Shown: in pieces, positions 1-10,183 of the stretch | How the letters are laid out: each line of letters begins with the position of its first letter | Numbering within the stretch: position 1 is the stretch's first letter | Source: Halorarum halobium | GTDB taxonomy: Archaea > Halobacteriota > Halobacteria > Halobacteriales > Haloferacaceae | Direction: 5' to 3' | Assembly: GCF_032116555.1 (NCBI RefSeq) | Contig: NZ_CP134949.1 | Span: forward strand, 682,001-746,000 | DNA: 64,000 nt | Notes under the pieces: model-generated | The model's database searches: none | What the model was told of the DNA's origin: nothing | The model's input: only the letters and a program-made list of their open reading frames with translations | Position numbers and translations under genes: made by a program

Positions 1-75
1 CCGGAGCCGACCGGCGAGCGCTTCTGCATCAACTCGGTCGCGCTGGACTTCGAACCGGACGGGAGCGAGGAGTAG
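1..75 (+). CDS. msrB: peptide-methionine (R)-S-oxide reductase, 3' end (5'-truncated by window)
   Basis: Frame 1 reads PEPTGERFCINSVALDFEPDGSEE*, matching the MsrB C-terminal GPxPTGxRYCINSxAL motif. Confidence 0.85.
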   Translation, partial: PEPTGERFCINSVALDFEPDGSEE

Positions 76-99
76 CGGGCTCGGTCGGTCCGGGCCGAA

Positions 100-345
100 T
101 CAGTGCGTCAACACGAGCAGCCGCTCGGCCGTCCGCGCGAGACAGATGGGCCCGCCCGGCGCGCCCTCGAACGTCACCTCGTCGTCGTCGGTGACGAACA
201 GGCGCTCGAACGGCCGGTCGCAGGCGGGACACGCCAGCCCGTCCCGGTTGTCGAGCGTCATCGACCCGGCGTCCTGCCGCCGCAGTTTCAGCTTCGCGCG
301 GTAGTCGTGGACGTCGAAGCCGTCCGAGAGGTCGAGCCGGTCCAT
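100..345 (-). CDS. small CPxC zinc-finger protein (haloarchaeal conserved hypothetical)
   Basis: 81 aa, acidic, CPAC motif, host-like codon usage. Confidence 0.7.
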   Translation of the reverse strand: MDRLDLSDGFDVHDYRAKLKLRRQDAGSMTLDNRDGLACPACDRPFERLFVTDDDEVTFEGAPGGPICLARTAERLLVLTH

Positions 346-446
346 ACCGGTCGCTGCCGGGCGGCGTTGAAATACGTGGCGGGCCGGGAGTCAGCGGTGA
401 GAACGAGCGACCGAGCGCCGGGAACCGAACCGCGATACGACCCGGA

Positions 447-1061
447 TCAGGCCGGTCGAGCGAACGCGAGCGTGCCCGAGACGTTGTGGACGTAGGCGTT
501 CACCACGTCGCCCTCCTGTGCGCCCGAGACGAACACGGTGAACTTCCCCTTCTCCGCGACGCCGTCGCCCTTCCGCCCGGTGCCGGTGATCTTCAGTTCG
601 TACGTCTTCCCCTCCTCGATGTCGGGGCCGGCCGCCTGGCGCGACGCCGACCCGGAGCGCTTCTCGACCGGCCGGAACGCGCCACAGGCCTGACAGCGGA
701 GCATGTCGATGCCGTCCTCGGTCTTGAGCACGGTGTCGGGCAGGCCACACTCCGAGCAGGTGACGAACTCGGCGACGTACTCGTCGATGGCGGCCTCGAA
801 GTCGGCGACCGAGAACGAGCCGTTGTAGCGGGCGACGCCGTTCTCGAACTGGCCGTTCGTCCCCAGGTCGCGCTGGATGGAGCGGTGGACGTGCTCGGCG
901 TCACGCGAGAGCGCGTCGGCGATGGCGTCGAGGTTGGTGAGGCGGGTGAACGCCCCGTCCGTCTGGCCCTCGGGATCCGGCACGTCGAGCCGGTCCCCGC
1001 CCTCGGCGGGCGATTCGGGCAGCGACTCGTAGGCTCGGTCGAGCGCAGAATCGTAGTTCAT
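447..1061 (-). CDS. translation initiation factor aIF-2 subunit beta with C-terminal TRAM domain
   Basis: eIF2beta zinc ribbon FVTCSECGLPDT...LRCQACGA; C-terminal TRAM signature GRKGDGVA...FTVFVSGA. Confidence 0.92.
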   Translation of the reverse strand: MNYDSALDRAYESLPESPAEGGDRLDVPDPEGQTDGAFTRLTNLDAIADALSRDAEHVHRSIQRDLGTNGQFENGVARYNGSFSVADFEAAIDEYVAEFVTCSECGLPDTVLKTEDGIDMLRCQACGAFRPVEKRSGSASRQAAGPDIEEGKTYELKITGTGRKGDGVAEKGKFTVFVSGAQEGDVVNAYVHNVSGTLAFARPA

Positions 1062-1329
1062 GCACGGGGTAAGGGAGTTCCCGCGTAAATGGATTCCGAG
1101 ACAGGCGTCAACATGGTCCGAGCGGTTCCGGGACCGTCCGTATCCACGAGCCGAAGCCGACGGCCGGAACCGGCGGCAGAAGCCGACGACCAGCGGTCGA
1201 AGCCGACGCTCGAATCCGGCAGCCGGACAGATCGCTCGAATCGAGCGCCAGTGTCGAGCGGTGTGTCACCGACGACCACGCCGCGGTCGGGTAGAAATCC
1301 TTTCCACAGACGGCCGCCGAGTGCGGTCA

Positions 1330-2529
1330 ATGAGCTACAAGGTCGGCCTCGTGGGGAAGCCCTCGGTGGGGAAATCCAGCTTCTTCAACGCGGCCACGAT
1401 GAACGACGTGCCCGAGGGGGCCTACCCGTTCACGACCATCGACCCGAGCGTGGGGGAAGCGTACGTCGGCATCGACTGTGCGGCCCCGGAGTTCGACGAG
1501 GAGTGCGAGCCGAACCACGGCTTCTGTACCGGCGACACGCGGTTCGTGCCCGTCAAACTCGTCGACGTCGCCGGGCTCATCCCCGGCGCACACGAGGGGA
1601 AGGGGCTGGGCAACCAGTTCCTCACCGACCTGAACGAGGCGGACGTGCTCGTCCACGTCGTCGACTTCTCGGGCACGACGGACATCGAGGGCGAGCCGAC
1701 CGAGGGCCACGACCCGCGCGAAGACGTCGACTTCCTCGCGGACGAACTCGACCAGTGGTACCTGGGAATCCTGGAGAAGGGTATCGAGAAGTACGGCTCC
1801 ATGTACGAGGGGCCGAACCCGGGGGACGAGATCAAACTCGAGGAGGTGCTCGCGGAGCAGTTGAGCGCGTTCAGGACGAACAAGGACGAGATCAAGCAGG
1901 TCGTGCTCTCGCTCGGTCTCGAACTCGACCCCGAAGGCTGGGACGACGACGACCGGTTCGAGCTCGCGCGGGAGCTGCGAACGCGGACGAAACCGATGAT
2001 CGTCGCGGCGAACAAGATGGACACGCCCGAGGCGCGGGCGAACTACGAGGCGATCACCGCCGACCCCGAGTACGACCACCTCACGGTGATTCCGACCAGC
2101 GCCCACGCCGAGCGGTCGCTGAAGAACGCGGCCGAGTCCGGCGTCGTGGAGTACACCCAGGGAGAAAGCGAGTTCGACGTCGTCGGCGACGTCTCCGAGG
2201 AGCAGGCCGCCGGCCTGGAGGCCATCCGCGAGTTCGTGACCGAGTTCGGCGGCACGGGCGTCCAGGCGGCCATCGAGACCGCGCTGTTCGAGGAGCTCGA
2301 CGCGAAGGCCGTCTTCCCGGGCACCGCGAACGGCGACTGGTCGAAGGGACCGTTCCGCGACTGCTTCATCCTTCCCGGCCACGCGACCGCCGAGGAGTTC
2401 GCGTACCACCTCCACTCGGACATCGGGGACGGCTTCCTCCACGGCATCGACTGCCGGAGCCGGCGGCAGGTCGGCGCGGACGCGGAGCTCGATCACCGTG
2501 CCGTCCTCGAGGTCGTGACGACCGGGTGA
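1330..2529 (+). CDS. ychF: Obg-family ATPase/GTPase YchF
   Basis: Start at ATG 1330 (MSYKVGLVGKPSVGKSS); YPFTT, DVAGL, NKMD motifs; TGS-like C-terminus (AYHLHSDIG). Confidence 0.93.
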   Translation: MSYKVGLVGKPSVGKSSFFNAATMNDVPEGAYPFTTIDPSVGEAYVGIDCAAPEFDEECEPNHGFCTGDTRFVPVKLVDVAGLIPGAHEGKGLGNQFLTDLNEADVLVHVVDFSGTTDIEGEPTEGHDPREDVDFLADELDQWYLGILEKGIEKYGSMYEGPNPGDEIKLEEVLAEQLSAFRTNKDEIKQVVLSLGLELDPEGWDDDDRFELARELRTRTKPMIVAANKMDTPEARANYEAITADPEYDHLTVIPTSAHAERSLKNAAESGVVEYTQGESEFDVVGDVSEEQAAGLEAIREFVTEFGGTGVQAAIETALFEELDAKAVFPGTANGDWSKGPFRDCFILPGHATAEEFAYHLHSDIGDGFLHGIDCRSRRQVGADAELDHRAVLEVVTTG

Positions 2530-2654
2530 GCCCGGCCGTGTGGGGCCGGAAGCCGTGTCCCGGCCACGGGCTTCATTACACAGTGAGCCGTAGTCGCCTC
2601 CAGTGGGTCACTCGCTAGCGACGCGATAGGACGGTCGCTGGCACGCTTCCAGGA

Positions 2655-3383
2655 ATGACAGGTTCGATCCGGGTGCTCTACGTCGACGGCGATGGGGACG
2701 CGGCCGAGACGGCGTCCGAGTCTCTCGAACGCGAGTCCGGGGAGTGTTCCGTCCGGACGCGGGCAACGGCCGCGGACGCGCTCGCCGCCGCCCTCGAGCG
2801 GCCGCCCGACTGTCTCGTCACGGACGCCGAACTGCCCGACTGCGACGGGCTGTCGTTGCTCGAACGGGTTCGGCGCGAGGTCGGCGACGTGCCGGGCATC
2901 CTCTTCACGGACGATGCCCCCGAGGCCGTCGTCCGGACGGCGCTCGGGGCGGAGGGAACGGATTTCGTCTCGCGGTCCGGGCCCGCGGCGATGCCAGCCC
3001 TGGCGGACCGGATCGAGGGGCTGGGGGAAACTCGGCGGACGATGGCGGGGTTACAGCAACGGGAGGCACACGCTCGGGCGCTGACCGAGGCCGCCTCGGA
3101 CGTGATCGTCACGATCGACGAGGGGAGCGAGATCACGTCCGTCAACCGGGCCGGGCCGTCGAGGACGTGTTCGGCTACGAGCCGGCGGAGCTGGTCGGAA
3201 GCCAGCTCACCCGACTGATGTCGGACGAACTCGCCGAGCGACACCTCGAGGCGGTCGGTCGCTACCTCCTCACGGGCCAGCGGACGGTCGACTGGGAGTA
3301 CGTCGAGCTTCCCGGCCAGCACAGGGACGGCCACGGGGTGCCCCTGGCCGTCTCCTTCGGCGAGTTCGAACACGGGGGCGAGC
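2655..3383 (+). pseudogene. receiver (REC) + PAS sensor gene remnant, frameshifted and truncated
   Basis: REC (IRVLYVD, DCLVTDAELPDCDG) then PAS. A 5-bp duplication CCGGG at 3146-3155 shifts the frame; the PAS continues (AVEDVFGYEPAELVG...HRDG) and breaks off at about 3383 against the convergent gene. Confidence 0.8.
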
Positions 3384-3394
3384 CGTCGCGCCGA

Positions 3395-3856
3395 TCAGTC
3401 CGTCGGTGCGACCGGCACCAAGTACTCGAATTCGGTGTCGGGCTCGCCGTCGTACCCCTCGCCGTATCGCTCGAACTCCGGCCCCTCCGCCCGGTCGTAC
3501 GCCGCGCCGGGCAGCCACTCCCCGTGGATCTCGTCGATCCGTGCCCGGAGGTCGGCGAGGGTGATCGAAAACACGGCGTACCGGCGCGCCGGCAGGTCCA
3601 CCGACGCCATCCCGTCGGGGACCTCGGCGTCGGCATCGGCGGCCACGCCGGCCAGATACGTCACCCTCCCCGACGACTCCTCGAACGCGGTACAGACGCC
3701 GAAGAACTCCTCCGCGTCGGCCAGCGCCGCGAACTCGCCGGTCCACCCGTCGAGCGCGTCCCAGAGCTCCCCGATCTCGCCGTCCTCGACGGCTCCCTCG
3801 TACTGGTGTCCGACGACGGTGAACGCGTCCTTCGACTCGATCGCTGGGTCGTCCAT
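3395..3856 (-). CDS. GyrI-like small-molecule/effector-binding domain protein
   Basis: ATG 3856; FTVVG, IGELW, YLAGV, LPARRYAVF, WLPG...GPEFERY pattern typical of the GyrI-like/AraC-E-bind fold. Confidence 0.85.
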   Translation of the reverse strand: MDDPAIESKDAFTVVGHQYEGAVEDGEIGELWDALDGWTGEFAALADAEEFFGVCTAFEESSGRVTYLAGVAADADAEVPDGMASVDLPARRYAVFSITLADLRARIDEIHGEWLPGAAYDRAEGPEFERYGEGYDGEPDTEFEYLVPVAPTD

Positions 3857-4151
3857 GTGGACGAGTCGCGCGGGGGGGACAAGAGCCTCCGCCAGCCGGG
3901 GTGAAACTGAACGCGGCGACCTGGCCGCCCGGTTCGGTCGACCGTGAACCGTCATTCGTCGCGGGTCCCGCCGGCCAGGTAGTGCCGGGTCCGGTCCCGC
4001 GTGGACTCGGCGACCTTGACGAATTCGACGACGCGGGACCCGCCCTCGCCACGGTCGACCGCCGTCTCGAGCGTCAGCGACTGCCCCTCGAGGTGCTCGA
4101 GCAGCGCGTCGACGGTGAGCGGCGTCCGATCAGCCTTTACGCGTCACGGAC

Positions 4152-4787
4152 GTGAGTGCACCCGTGAATTCTCACGAGGTCCGTCGCCAGTGGGCCGACC
4201 GGTCCGGCGAGTACTCGCCGGCGTACTACGCTCACTACGGGCCGGACGGCTCGAGCGAGTCGGTTCGGGCGACGCTCGCTCGGTTCCTGGACCGGGACGC
4301 GTCGATCCTCGAACTCGGCTGCAGTTCCGGCCGTCACCTCTCGCACCTGTACGACCACGGGTTCGAGAACCTGACCGGAATCGAGGTCAACGACGCCGCC
4401 TTCGAGGTGATGCGGGAGACCTACCCGGAGGTCGCCGCGGCGGGGACGTTCTTCCCGGAAGCCATCGAGGACGTCGTCGGCGAGTTCGAGGACGGGCGGT
4501 TCGACGCCGTCTACTCCGTGGAGACGCTCCAGCACATCCACCCGGACGCCGAGTGGGTGTTCGCGGAACTGGCCCGGATCACCGACGACCTCGTCGTCAC
4601 GGTCGAAAACGAGGGCGACCGCGAGCGAGACGGGAACGGCGACCCCGAGGTGAACTACGTCAACGACGAGTTCCCCCTGTACTACCGCGACTGGAACCGC
4701 GTCTTCACCGACCTGGGCCTCGTCGAGGTCGACGTCTCGCAGGGGTCGAGAGACACCGCCCGGACGTTCCGGCAGTCGCGGGACTGA
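4152..4787 (+). CDS. class I SAM-dependent methyltransferase
   Basis: ILELGCSSG motif I, GIEVN, FDAVYSVETLQH. Confidence 0.88.
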   Translation: MSAPVNSHEVRRQWADRSGEYSPAYYAHYGPDGSSESVRATLARFLDRDASILELGCSSGRHLSHLYDHGFENLTGIEVNDAAFEVMRETYPEVAAAGTFFPEAIEDVVGEFEDGRFDAVYSVETLQHIHPDAEWVFAELARITDDLVVTVENEGDRERDGNGDPEVNYVNDEFPLYYRDWNRVFTDLGLVEVDVSQGSRDTARTFRQSRD

Positions 4788-5185
4788 TTCGGTCGCCGAT
4801 TGTCACGGCCGCTGGGGCGTCTCGATCGTCCTCGAAAACTTGGCCCTTCGTCTTTCGGTTGGAACGTGGCCTCGGTGCTTTCGGCGACTCCGGCCGGCAC
4901 GAAGGAAGTTCACGGCGCTGCTGGGAACTCGGGGGATGAAACAGTTCGTCCGCCGGTACAGCCGTGGGGACGTACCGAGCGAGCCGATGGACGTCTCACC
5001 GACGTCGAACGGAGCCCAGCGGGAGGAACCCGCGGACTGCATGTGGCCACTGGCTCGTACGAGCACACGCCTCCGGGCCGTCAGATCACCGATGCAGCAA
5101 CTGCGTGGACATCGTGAGGGTGAACGTCCTCCACTGTCTCTTTCAGTAGTTCTATTGACGTCGAATTGTAACCGATCTGTTACTG

Positions 5186-6577
5186 ATGAGACGGCGAAAT
5201 TTCCTTCGGACCGGGTTCGCTGTCGGGTTGGCAGCGACGTTGGCGGGCTGTTCGAACAACTCAGGAGACGGTGCTGGAACAGGTACGCCAACCGGGACGG
5301 AACATGATGGTGCCACGGAGATAGATTCACCGGACGACGACACAACGACTGCAGAGGAAACAGAGGGCGACCCGGAAGTCGACAGACCGGCCAACTACCG
5401 ATGGGATATGAACCCGGCCCGGAACGAGGAGATCCGAAGCCGACTGGGTCAGTACGTCGAGGGAAGCGTTGGCAGCGTCGTACAGGATCATCCGGCTTTC
5501 GAGTTTTCCACTGATAGAGAAGCAGATGACCAGGCTGTCGACTTTGAAGGCTTGAAACTGTACCGAGACGCCACGTTCGACCTGATGGCAGAAGAGGGAC
5601 TTAATAGAATCATTGACGATGATGGCGGTAGGCCTGTCCCTCTTGAAGAAAGGGTGCAAGCCTTCGTCGATGAAGATCTATTCACAGATGCCAAAACAGG
5701 TCAATACTTCGTACAGCACGATTTAGAAGCACCTTCGCAGTATGATGCGGAGGGATGGTTGAATGCGGAAACAGTAGCGGACTCACTTGACTACGGACAC
5801 AACCTTCTAGTGACCGTTGTAGATGAACCTGGTAAGCGGACTCCTGATACTGTGCAAAATAACGCGGTTGCGATAAGAGAAGCGTACAAGCGGCATCACG
5901 ACTTCGATGTTCTCGCCTGGGGCACAATGATGGGTAGCGCTACTAGAGAAGGCATCGTCGACCCTACGGGGCTTCTGTATTCTCCCGATGACGATACTCT
6001 CAGGAACTTCAACTTCGATACATTCGAAGGTAATGGAGAAGACTCCCTACAGATGCATGCACCTATCGAGGAGTGGGAGGTCTTAAACGGTGAAAGTCGC
6101 TGGTCTGAGAGTCCTGGCGGCGATCAACGGTACCATCCCTTACTCTTCCATCAGGGATGGGCTGTAAGCGGTCAGGCATCAGACTTTGGGGAGGCAAAAG
6201 GCGTAGCTGCAGGAGCAATAAGAAGTATAGCAACTGGCCCTACCAGAGAAAGTCTTATAGAAGGTGAAGGAAGTAATTATTCGATGACGACCGGGATGAC
6301 TGAGCAGTTAAGTCGGACTTTGTTCGAGTACAATAGTAATGATGCTGAGTTTGAATATGTGTGGAATCTTGCAAGCGTAATTGAAACTGTAAACCGGAAG
6401 GATGGGAACTACATCTTCGATACCGCTGATCAGGATGATGATTACAGCGGCTTCTTTGATGGTGGCTTCGCAGTCTACGAAGTAGAAGACGACTCACTGG
6501 TCAACGAGGTCTGGCAAGACGAAGCAGGTCAGTACGACAACTTCGGCCAGGTCTATGACAAAGTCGAGGCTGCCTGA
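5186..6577 (+). CDS. Tat-exported lipoprotein, unknown function
   Basis: MRRRNFL twin-arginine motif, LAGC lipobox, Thr/Gly/Asp linker. Confidence 0.85.
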   Translation: MRRRNFLRTGFAVGLAATLAGCSNNSGDGAGTGTPTGTEHDGATEIDSPDDDTTTAEETEGDPEVDRPANYRWDMNPARNEEIRSRLGQYVEGSVGSVVQDHPAFEFSTDREADDQAVDFEGLKLYRDATFDLMAEEGLNRIIDDDGGRPVPLEERVQAFVDEDLFTDAKTGQYFVQHDLEAPSQYDAEGWLNAETVADSLDYGHNLLVTVVDEPGKRTPDTVQNNAVAIREAYKRHHDFDVLAWGTMMGSATREGIVDPTGLLYSPDDDTLRNFNFDTFEGNGEDSLQMHAPIEEWEVLNGESRWSESPGGDQRYHPLLFHQGWAVSGQASDFGEAKGVAAGAIRSIATGPTRESLIEGEGSNYSMTTGMTEQLSRTLFEYNSNDAEFEYVWNLASVIETVNRKDGNYIFDTADQDDDYSGFFDGGFAVYEVEDDSLVNEVWQDEAGQYDNFGQVYDKVEAA

Positions 6578-6780
6578 AGGGCCCGGTCACTGCGACAGTA
6601 TTGGACATTCAACCGGAAAATAATATTGCAGACACCTCTAATTCGATTACCGGACGTTATAGGACGAATAGTGGTCCTATAGTCGTCGGCCTCGGCACTC
6701 ATACAGTGTCGAAGTATCACCAAACGAATAAAAGGTTTTGAGCCGGTTATAGATACATGGCGGTGCGGAGGCGATGAATC

Positions 6781-7281
6781 ATGACGGACAATGACGAGTA
6801 TGCGAAACTTTCTGAAGACCGGTGCGCGGTAAAGATCTACCCCGAGAAAGAGGTCGCGGAGCAGTGGAGTGACGAGGCAGACAACCAGGATATCTCCCTA
6901 TCCCGTTACCTGCAGAACCTGATCCACGAGGCACGGTCCTACCGACAACACGGACTGGTGCAGACTGACGGAAGCCAGAGGCGTGTTCAGGAACTGGAGG
7001 AAGAGGTCGAAGCTCTTCGCAACCGGTTGGAGCAGAAGGAAGCTGAATCTGCGGAAGCAGTCAGCTTTGACCCGGAGACGTTGAAGCGGGAAGTCCTGAC
7101 GGACCAGTACCAGTCCTTAGAGGAGGTTCTACAGACGATCGTAGAGTCCGGGATCCTGAATGATGTTTTGCTGGGGCCTGTGGAAAACCAGCTGTACTTC
7201 CTCGCGGCTCAAAACGAGGTACAGTACGAGCGTGGCTGGGGATGGAAACTCTCTGAAGAAGAATCCGGGGGTGCTGCATAG
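6781..7281 (+). CDS. ribbon-helix-helix + coiled-coil protein (DUF5805-like), integrase-associated regulator
   Basis: VKIYPEKEVAEQWSDEADNQDISLSRYLQ RHH pattern; stop abuts integrase start (TAGATG). Confidence 0.65.
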   Translation: MTDNDEYAKLSEDRCAVKIYPEKEVAEQWSDEADNQDISLSRYLQNLIHEARSYRQHGLVQTDGSQRRVQELEEEVEALRNRLEQKEAESAEAVSFDPETLKREVLTDQYQSLEEVLQTIVESGILNDVLLGPVENQLYFLAAQNEVQYERGWGWKLSEEESGGAA

Positions 7282-8283
7282 ATGGCCTCTGGCAAGTACG
7301 ATGTCCTGCTGGACGCAGATGAGTGGGAGAGGAGGGTCTTCGAGAACAAGCACAAGTGCATCAATGACTGGCTTCGCAGCAAAGACTCTACGAACAAGTC
7401 GAGTTCACGTCGAACGCTGAACTCGTATAGCAGGACTGCGGCCAGGTTCTTCCACGAGTTCTTCCCGGAGGTGCATCCTTCCGATGTGACGGTTGGGGAC
7501 GTCGAGGAATACGTTCTGGACTTGAACGATAGGGATGTAGCGCAGAACACGAAGAGGAGGTACATCGAATCGTTGTCTGCGTTCTATACCTGGGCGATGA
7601 AGCGGCCACGGTTCGAAGATATCACAGGTAATCCTGCAGCTGTGGTGTTAGAGGAGATTCCGAAGAAGAAACGGCCTCGTCCGGAGACCGCGACATGGGA
7701 GAACGGCCGTGAGATTATCCGGAATATCCCTGATCCCAGGGACAAGGCTGCGGCTATCCTGATGGCGAAGACCGGTGCCCGTGTCCGTGAAGTCCTGACT
7801 GTGAAGGAAGAGGACTTGATGCTTGAAGACGGGTTCATACGGTTCACCGACAGGAAGGGCGGTCATGAAACCGTAAATCCGTTAGACGGTGAAAGCATTC
7901 AGGCCATCCGCCGGTTGCAAGCGGTCTCCTCGGATGACTCGGTGTACCTGTTCACAGGTATCCACGGAGGCAGGGTGAAACGAGAACGGATTAGACGTGA
8001 GATACGCCGAGCAGCAGTGAAAGCGGGAGTCATGGAGCATGAGGAGGAGGATCGGTGGCACCACAAGTTCACGCCGCACTACTACAGGACGATCTTCACG
8101 TCCTTAATGCGGAATAACGGGATGCCGGACCATTTCACCCGGTATCTCCGTGGCGACGGTGACCGGGAAGTCATGGATCTGTATACGAAGATTCCCAGGG
8201 ACCAAGTCCGGGACGAATACTTGGATCTCATCAAACCACTCAACCTGTACGCCAGGACTGACGGAGGTGAGAATCACAGCTGA
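7282..8283 (+). CDS. tyrosine recombinase/integrase
   Basis: Catalytic motifs TGARVRE (R), RKGG (K), PHYYR (HxxR), LRGD and DLY (Y); N-terminal core-binding domain. Confidence 0.93.
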   Translation: MASGKYDVLLDADEWERRVFENKHKCINDWLRSKDSTNKSSSRRTLNSYSRTAARFFHEFFPEVHPSDVTVGDVEEYVLDLNDRDVAQNTKRRYIESLSAFYTWAMKRPRFEDITGNPAAVVLEEIPKKKRPRPETATWENGREIIRNIPDPRDKAAAILMAKTGARVREVLTVKEEDLMLEDGFIRFTDRKGGHETVNPLDGESIQAIRRLQAVSSDDSVYLFTGIHGGRVKRERIRREIRRAAVKAGVMEHEEEDRWHHKFTPHYYRTIFTSLMRNNGMPDHFTRYLRGDGDREVMDLYTKIPRDQVRDEYLDLIKPLNLYARTDGGENHS

Positions 8284-8411
8284 CGAAGCACGAGATCTCA
8301 GAATTTACGGATCAAACCGGGGAACTGGTAGGAGCTACACTTCTGCTTTCCCCGGAAGAGACTCGGGAGCTGAAGGAAGAAGGCACGGTAGAGATCGAGT
8401 TGGATCAGTGA
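8280..8411 (+). CDS. 43-aa acidic protein, putative CTG start (absent from ORF track)
   Basis: GGAGGTGA 9 nt upstream; CTGA overlaps the integrase stop like an ATGA overlap; open acidic frame TKHEISEFTDQTGELVG...IELDQ*. Confidence 0.45.
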   Translation: MTKHEISEFTDQTGELVGATLLLSPEETRELKEEGTVEIELDQ

Positions 8412-8420
8412 AGCCCTGGT

Positions 8421-9353
8421 TTAGATGATTTTGGGGCCGGTGTGACCGTCGACGTGAAGCCGTCCGTCCTTGATTCCGAAGGTATGCTCACCTGGTTCAG
8501 AGATATCGTAAGGGAAGACGGCGAACCGGATTCTGTAAAGTTGGACATCCTCGGTGTCGCCGAAGATGTGTGTATCGAGGTCGGGCTTGATGTACGGGTT
8601 GCGGACCGGTAGAAGCCGGGCCTCTGCAGATCTTCTTGCTGCGTTGATGGTGAGGCTTTGGATCAGTATGAGATCCAGGTTCAGGTAGTCGCCGGGATTT
8701 TCTCTTAGTTCCTTCAGCGTCAGGTGGTAGTAGGTATCGTCGCCAGCGGCCAGGAAGCTGTGGGTTCCGACGACCGCTACGTTGTATTGAAGCGGGTCTT
8801 CTCTTGTCTCCAGTTGGCTGGATGCTCCTCGAAGGGTGCTGCGGATCTTGTTCTGGATCAGTTCCTGGCCGTAGAAATCTGGGCTGAACTGGATGCGTGC
8901 GGCGCTGCCGGGTGCAGATGGTAGACGGGTGACCTCTGCCCGCATGTCTTGAGGAGACTTGTAGAGGATGTCGTAGGCGGCATTGTGGGAACTGTCCTTG
9001 ATGGATTCGTAGAACTCCTCGACCTTGTCGTGGGCTGTTGGGAAGAATCCGTCTGAGTCGTAGAAGTTCTTGGCCTTGACCTGGAGTTGGTAGGTCTTTT
9101 CCTCGTACTCTACGAGGATGTCGACGTCGCCACTGTCGACGTCTGGTTCGATCTCGATATCCCCTGGGTCTACGACTCCTTGGTCGACGATGGCCTTCGC
9201 TGTCCTTAGCTGGGACTCGAAACCGACCTTCTGCCCTCTGTCGCCGTGTTCGATTGCGTGGTTGATTAGGCCTTGACCCTGTTCGGAGAACTGGACTCCC
9301 CTCTCCTCGAGAGTGCTTTTCAACCGCTGGATTTCGAGGGAAGAGGGGATCAC
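8421..9353 (-). CDS. PD-(D/E)XK-like nuclease-fold protein
   Basis: GFE...GDVDILV...YQLQVK arrangement resembles the restriction-endonuclease active site. Confidence 0.5.
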   Translation of the reverse strand: MIPSSLEIQRLKSTLEERGVQFSEQGQGLINHAIEHGDRGQKVGFESQLRTAKAIVDQGVVDPGDIEIEPDVDSGDVDILVEYEEKTYQLQVKAKNFYDSDGFFPTAHDKVEEFYESIKDSSHNAAYDILYKSPQDMRAEVTRLPSAPGSAARIQFSPDFYGQELIQNKIRSTLRGASSQLETREDPLQYNVAVVGTHSFLAAGDDTYYHLTLKELRENPGDYLNLDLILIQSLTINAARRSAEARLLPVRNPYIKPDLDTHIFGDTEDVQLYRIRFAVFPYDISEPGEHTFGIKDGRLHVDGHTGPKII

Positions 9354-9437
9354 TGATTCTCTCTATTACCTTCGGTCAAATAAGAGAACTGCAGATAGGG
9401 TAGACGAACAGGCAACGTTTGAAGGAGACGGCCTGAG

Positions 9438-9818
9438 TTGGCCAGTGATATGAGAGTCCGAGAGTTCTACTGCGATACCTGTGATTTCTGGATGCCTGGT
9501 GGTTTCGGGGAGTATCGGTATGTCATCACGGACGACGGGGAGCGGGAGAAGCTGCTGCATCCCGGTGAGGGTTTGCAGATCCGGAAGGTGTTGGGAGAGG
9601 ACGCCTCTGACGAGTTGATTGAGGAGCGGACGGGTTACATGGTGTACTATGCTTGCAGGGATTGTGCTGCTGTCTTCGAGCTGGAGCGGGAGGAAGATGA
9701 GGAGCTCTGCCCGGAGTGTGGCAGTGGGGACGTGACCTCGGAAAACGACCTGGTTGGCGAGTCTTGTCCAAGCTGTGGAGAGGGAACCTTTGTCGACGAG
9801 ACTACCGGTATAGCTTGA
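9438..9818 (+). CDS. multi zinc-ribbon protein
   Basis: Four CxxC pairs (CDTC, CRDC, CPECG, CPSCG). Confidence 0.75.
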   Translation: MASDMRVREFYCDTCDFWMPGGFGEYRYVITDDGEREKLLHPGEGLQIRKVLGEDASDELIEERTGYMVYYACRDCAAVFELEREEDEELCPECGSGDVTSENDLVGESCPSCGEGTFVDETTGIA

Positions 9819-10183
9819 GGAGTAGGATTGCTGGTCGTGCTCGAATCTGGAAAACCGTGGAGCCAGCCTCGGAACTGGACGCCTTATGACAACTGTTTTA
9901 CAACCGGAGAAACTCGATTCTTTATAAAGGGTTTAATCTGGTTCAAGACGGTCGTAATGAAGGGAGATACCTGGCCGTACGTAGAGAGATGTCCTCGAAC
10001 CGTATTGATTCCGGAAGTTCGGGTCTGGCGATCTCTCGCTTCAGAGGGGTTTCGTTATATTCTGTGTGAAGTTAGCGGTGTTTGTGCCGCGCGACCCTAG
10101 GGGTGAAGCTGGAAATTCCCCTCCGCTACATTTGTCAAACGGGTTAAACTTTATCGTCCTCCAGGCCCTGTACCTTTCTCGGC

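Noticed and set aside
447..1061. Functional link between aIF-2beta and the element's non-AUG starts
   Set aside because: The gene is host-like in GC and lies outside the island; proximity alone is not evidence.
1089..4939. Long Arg/Gly-rich alternative-frame ORFs (e.g. 1089-2618, 1327-2496, 2744-3904, 4001-4939) and similar antisense ORFs across the window
   Set aside because: Shadow frames of GC-rich genes; composition is not that of acidic haloarchaeal proteins and they overlap well-supported CDSs.
4790..5180. tRNA or att site at the island's left junction
   Set aside because: No cloverleaf or T-loop signature and no repeat partner seen within the window; the ORFs here do not look like real proteins.
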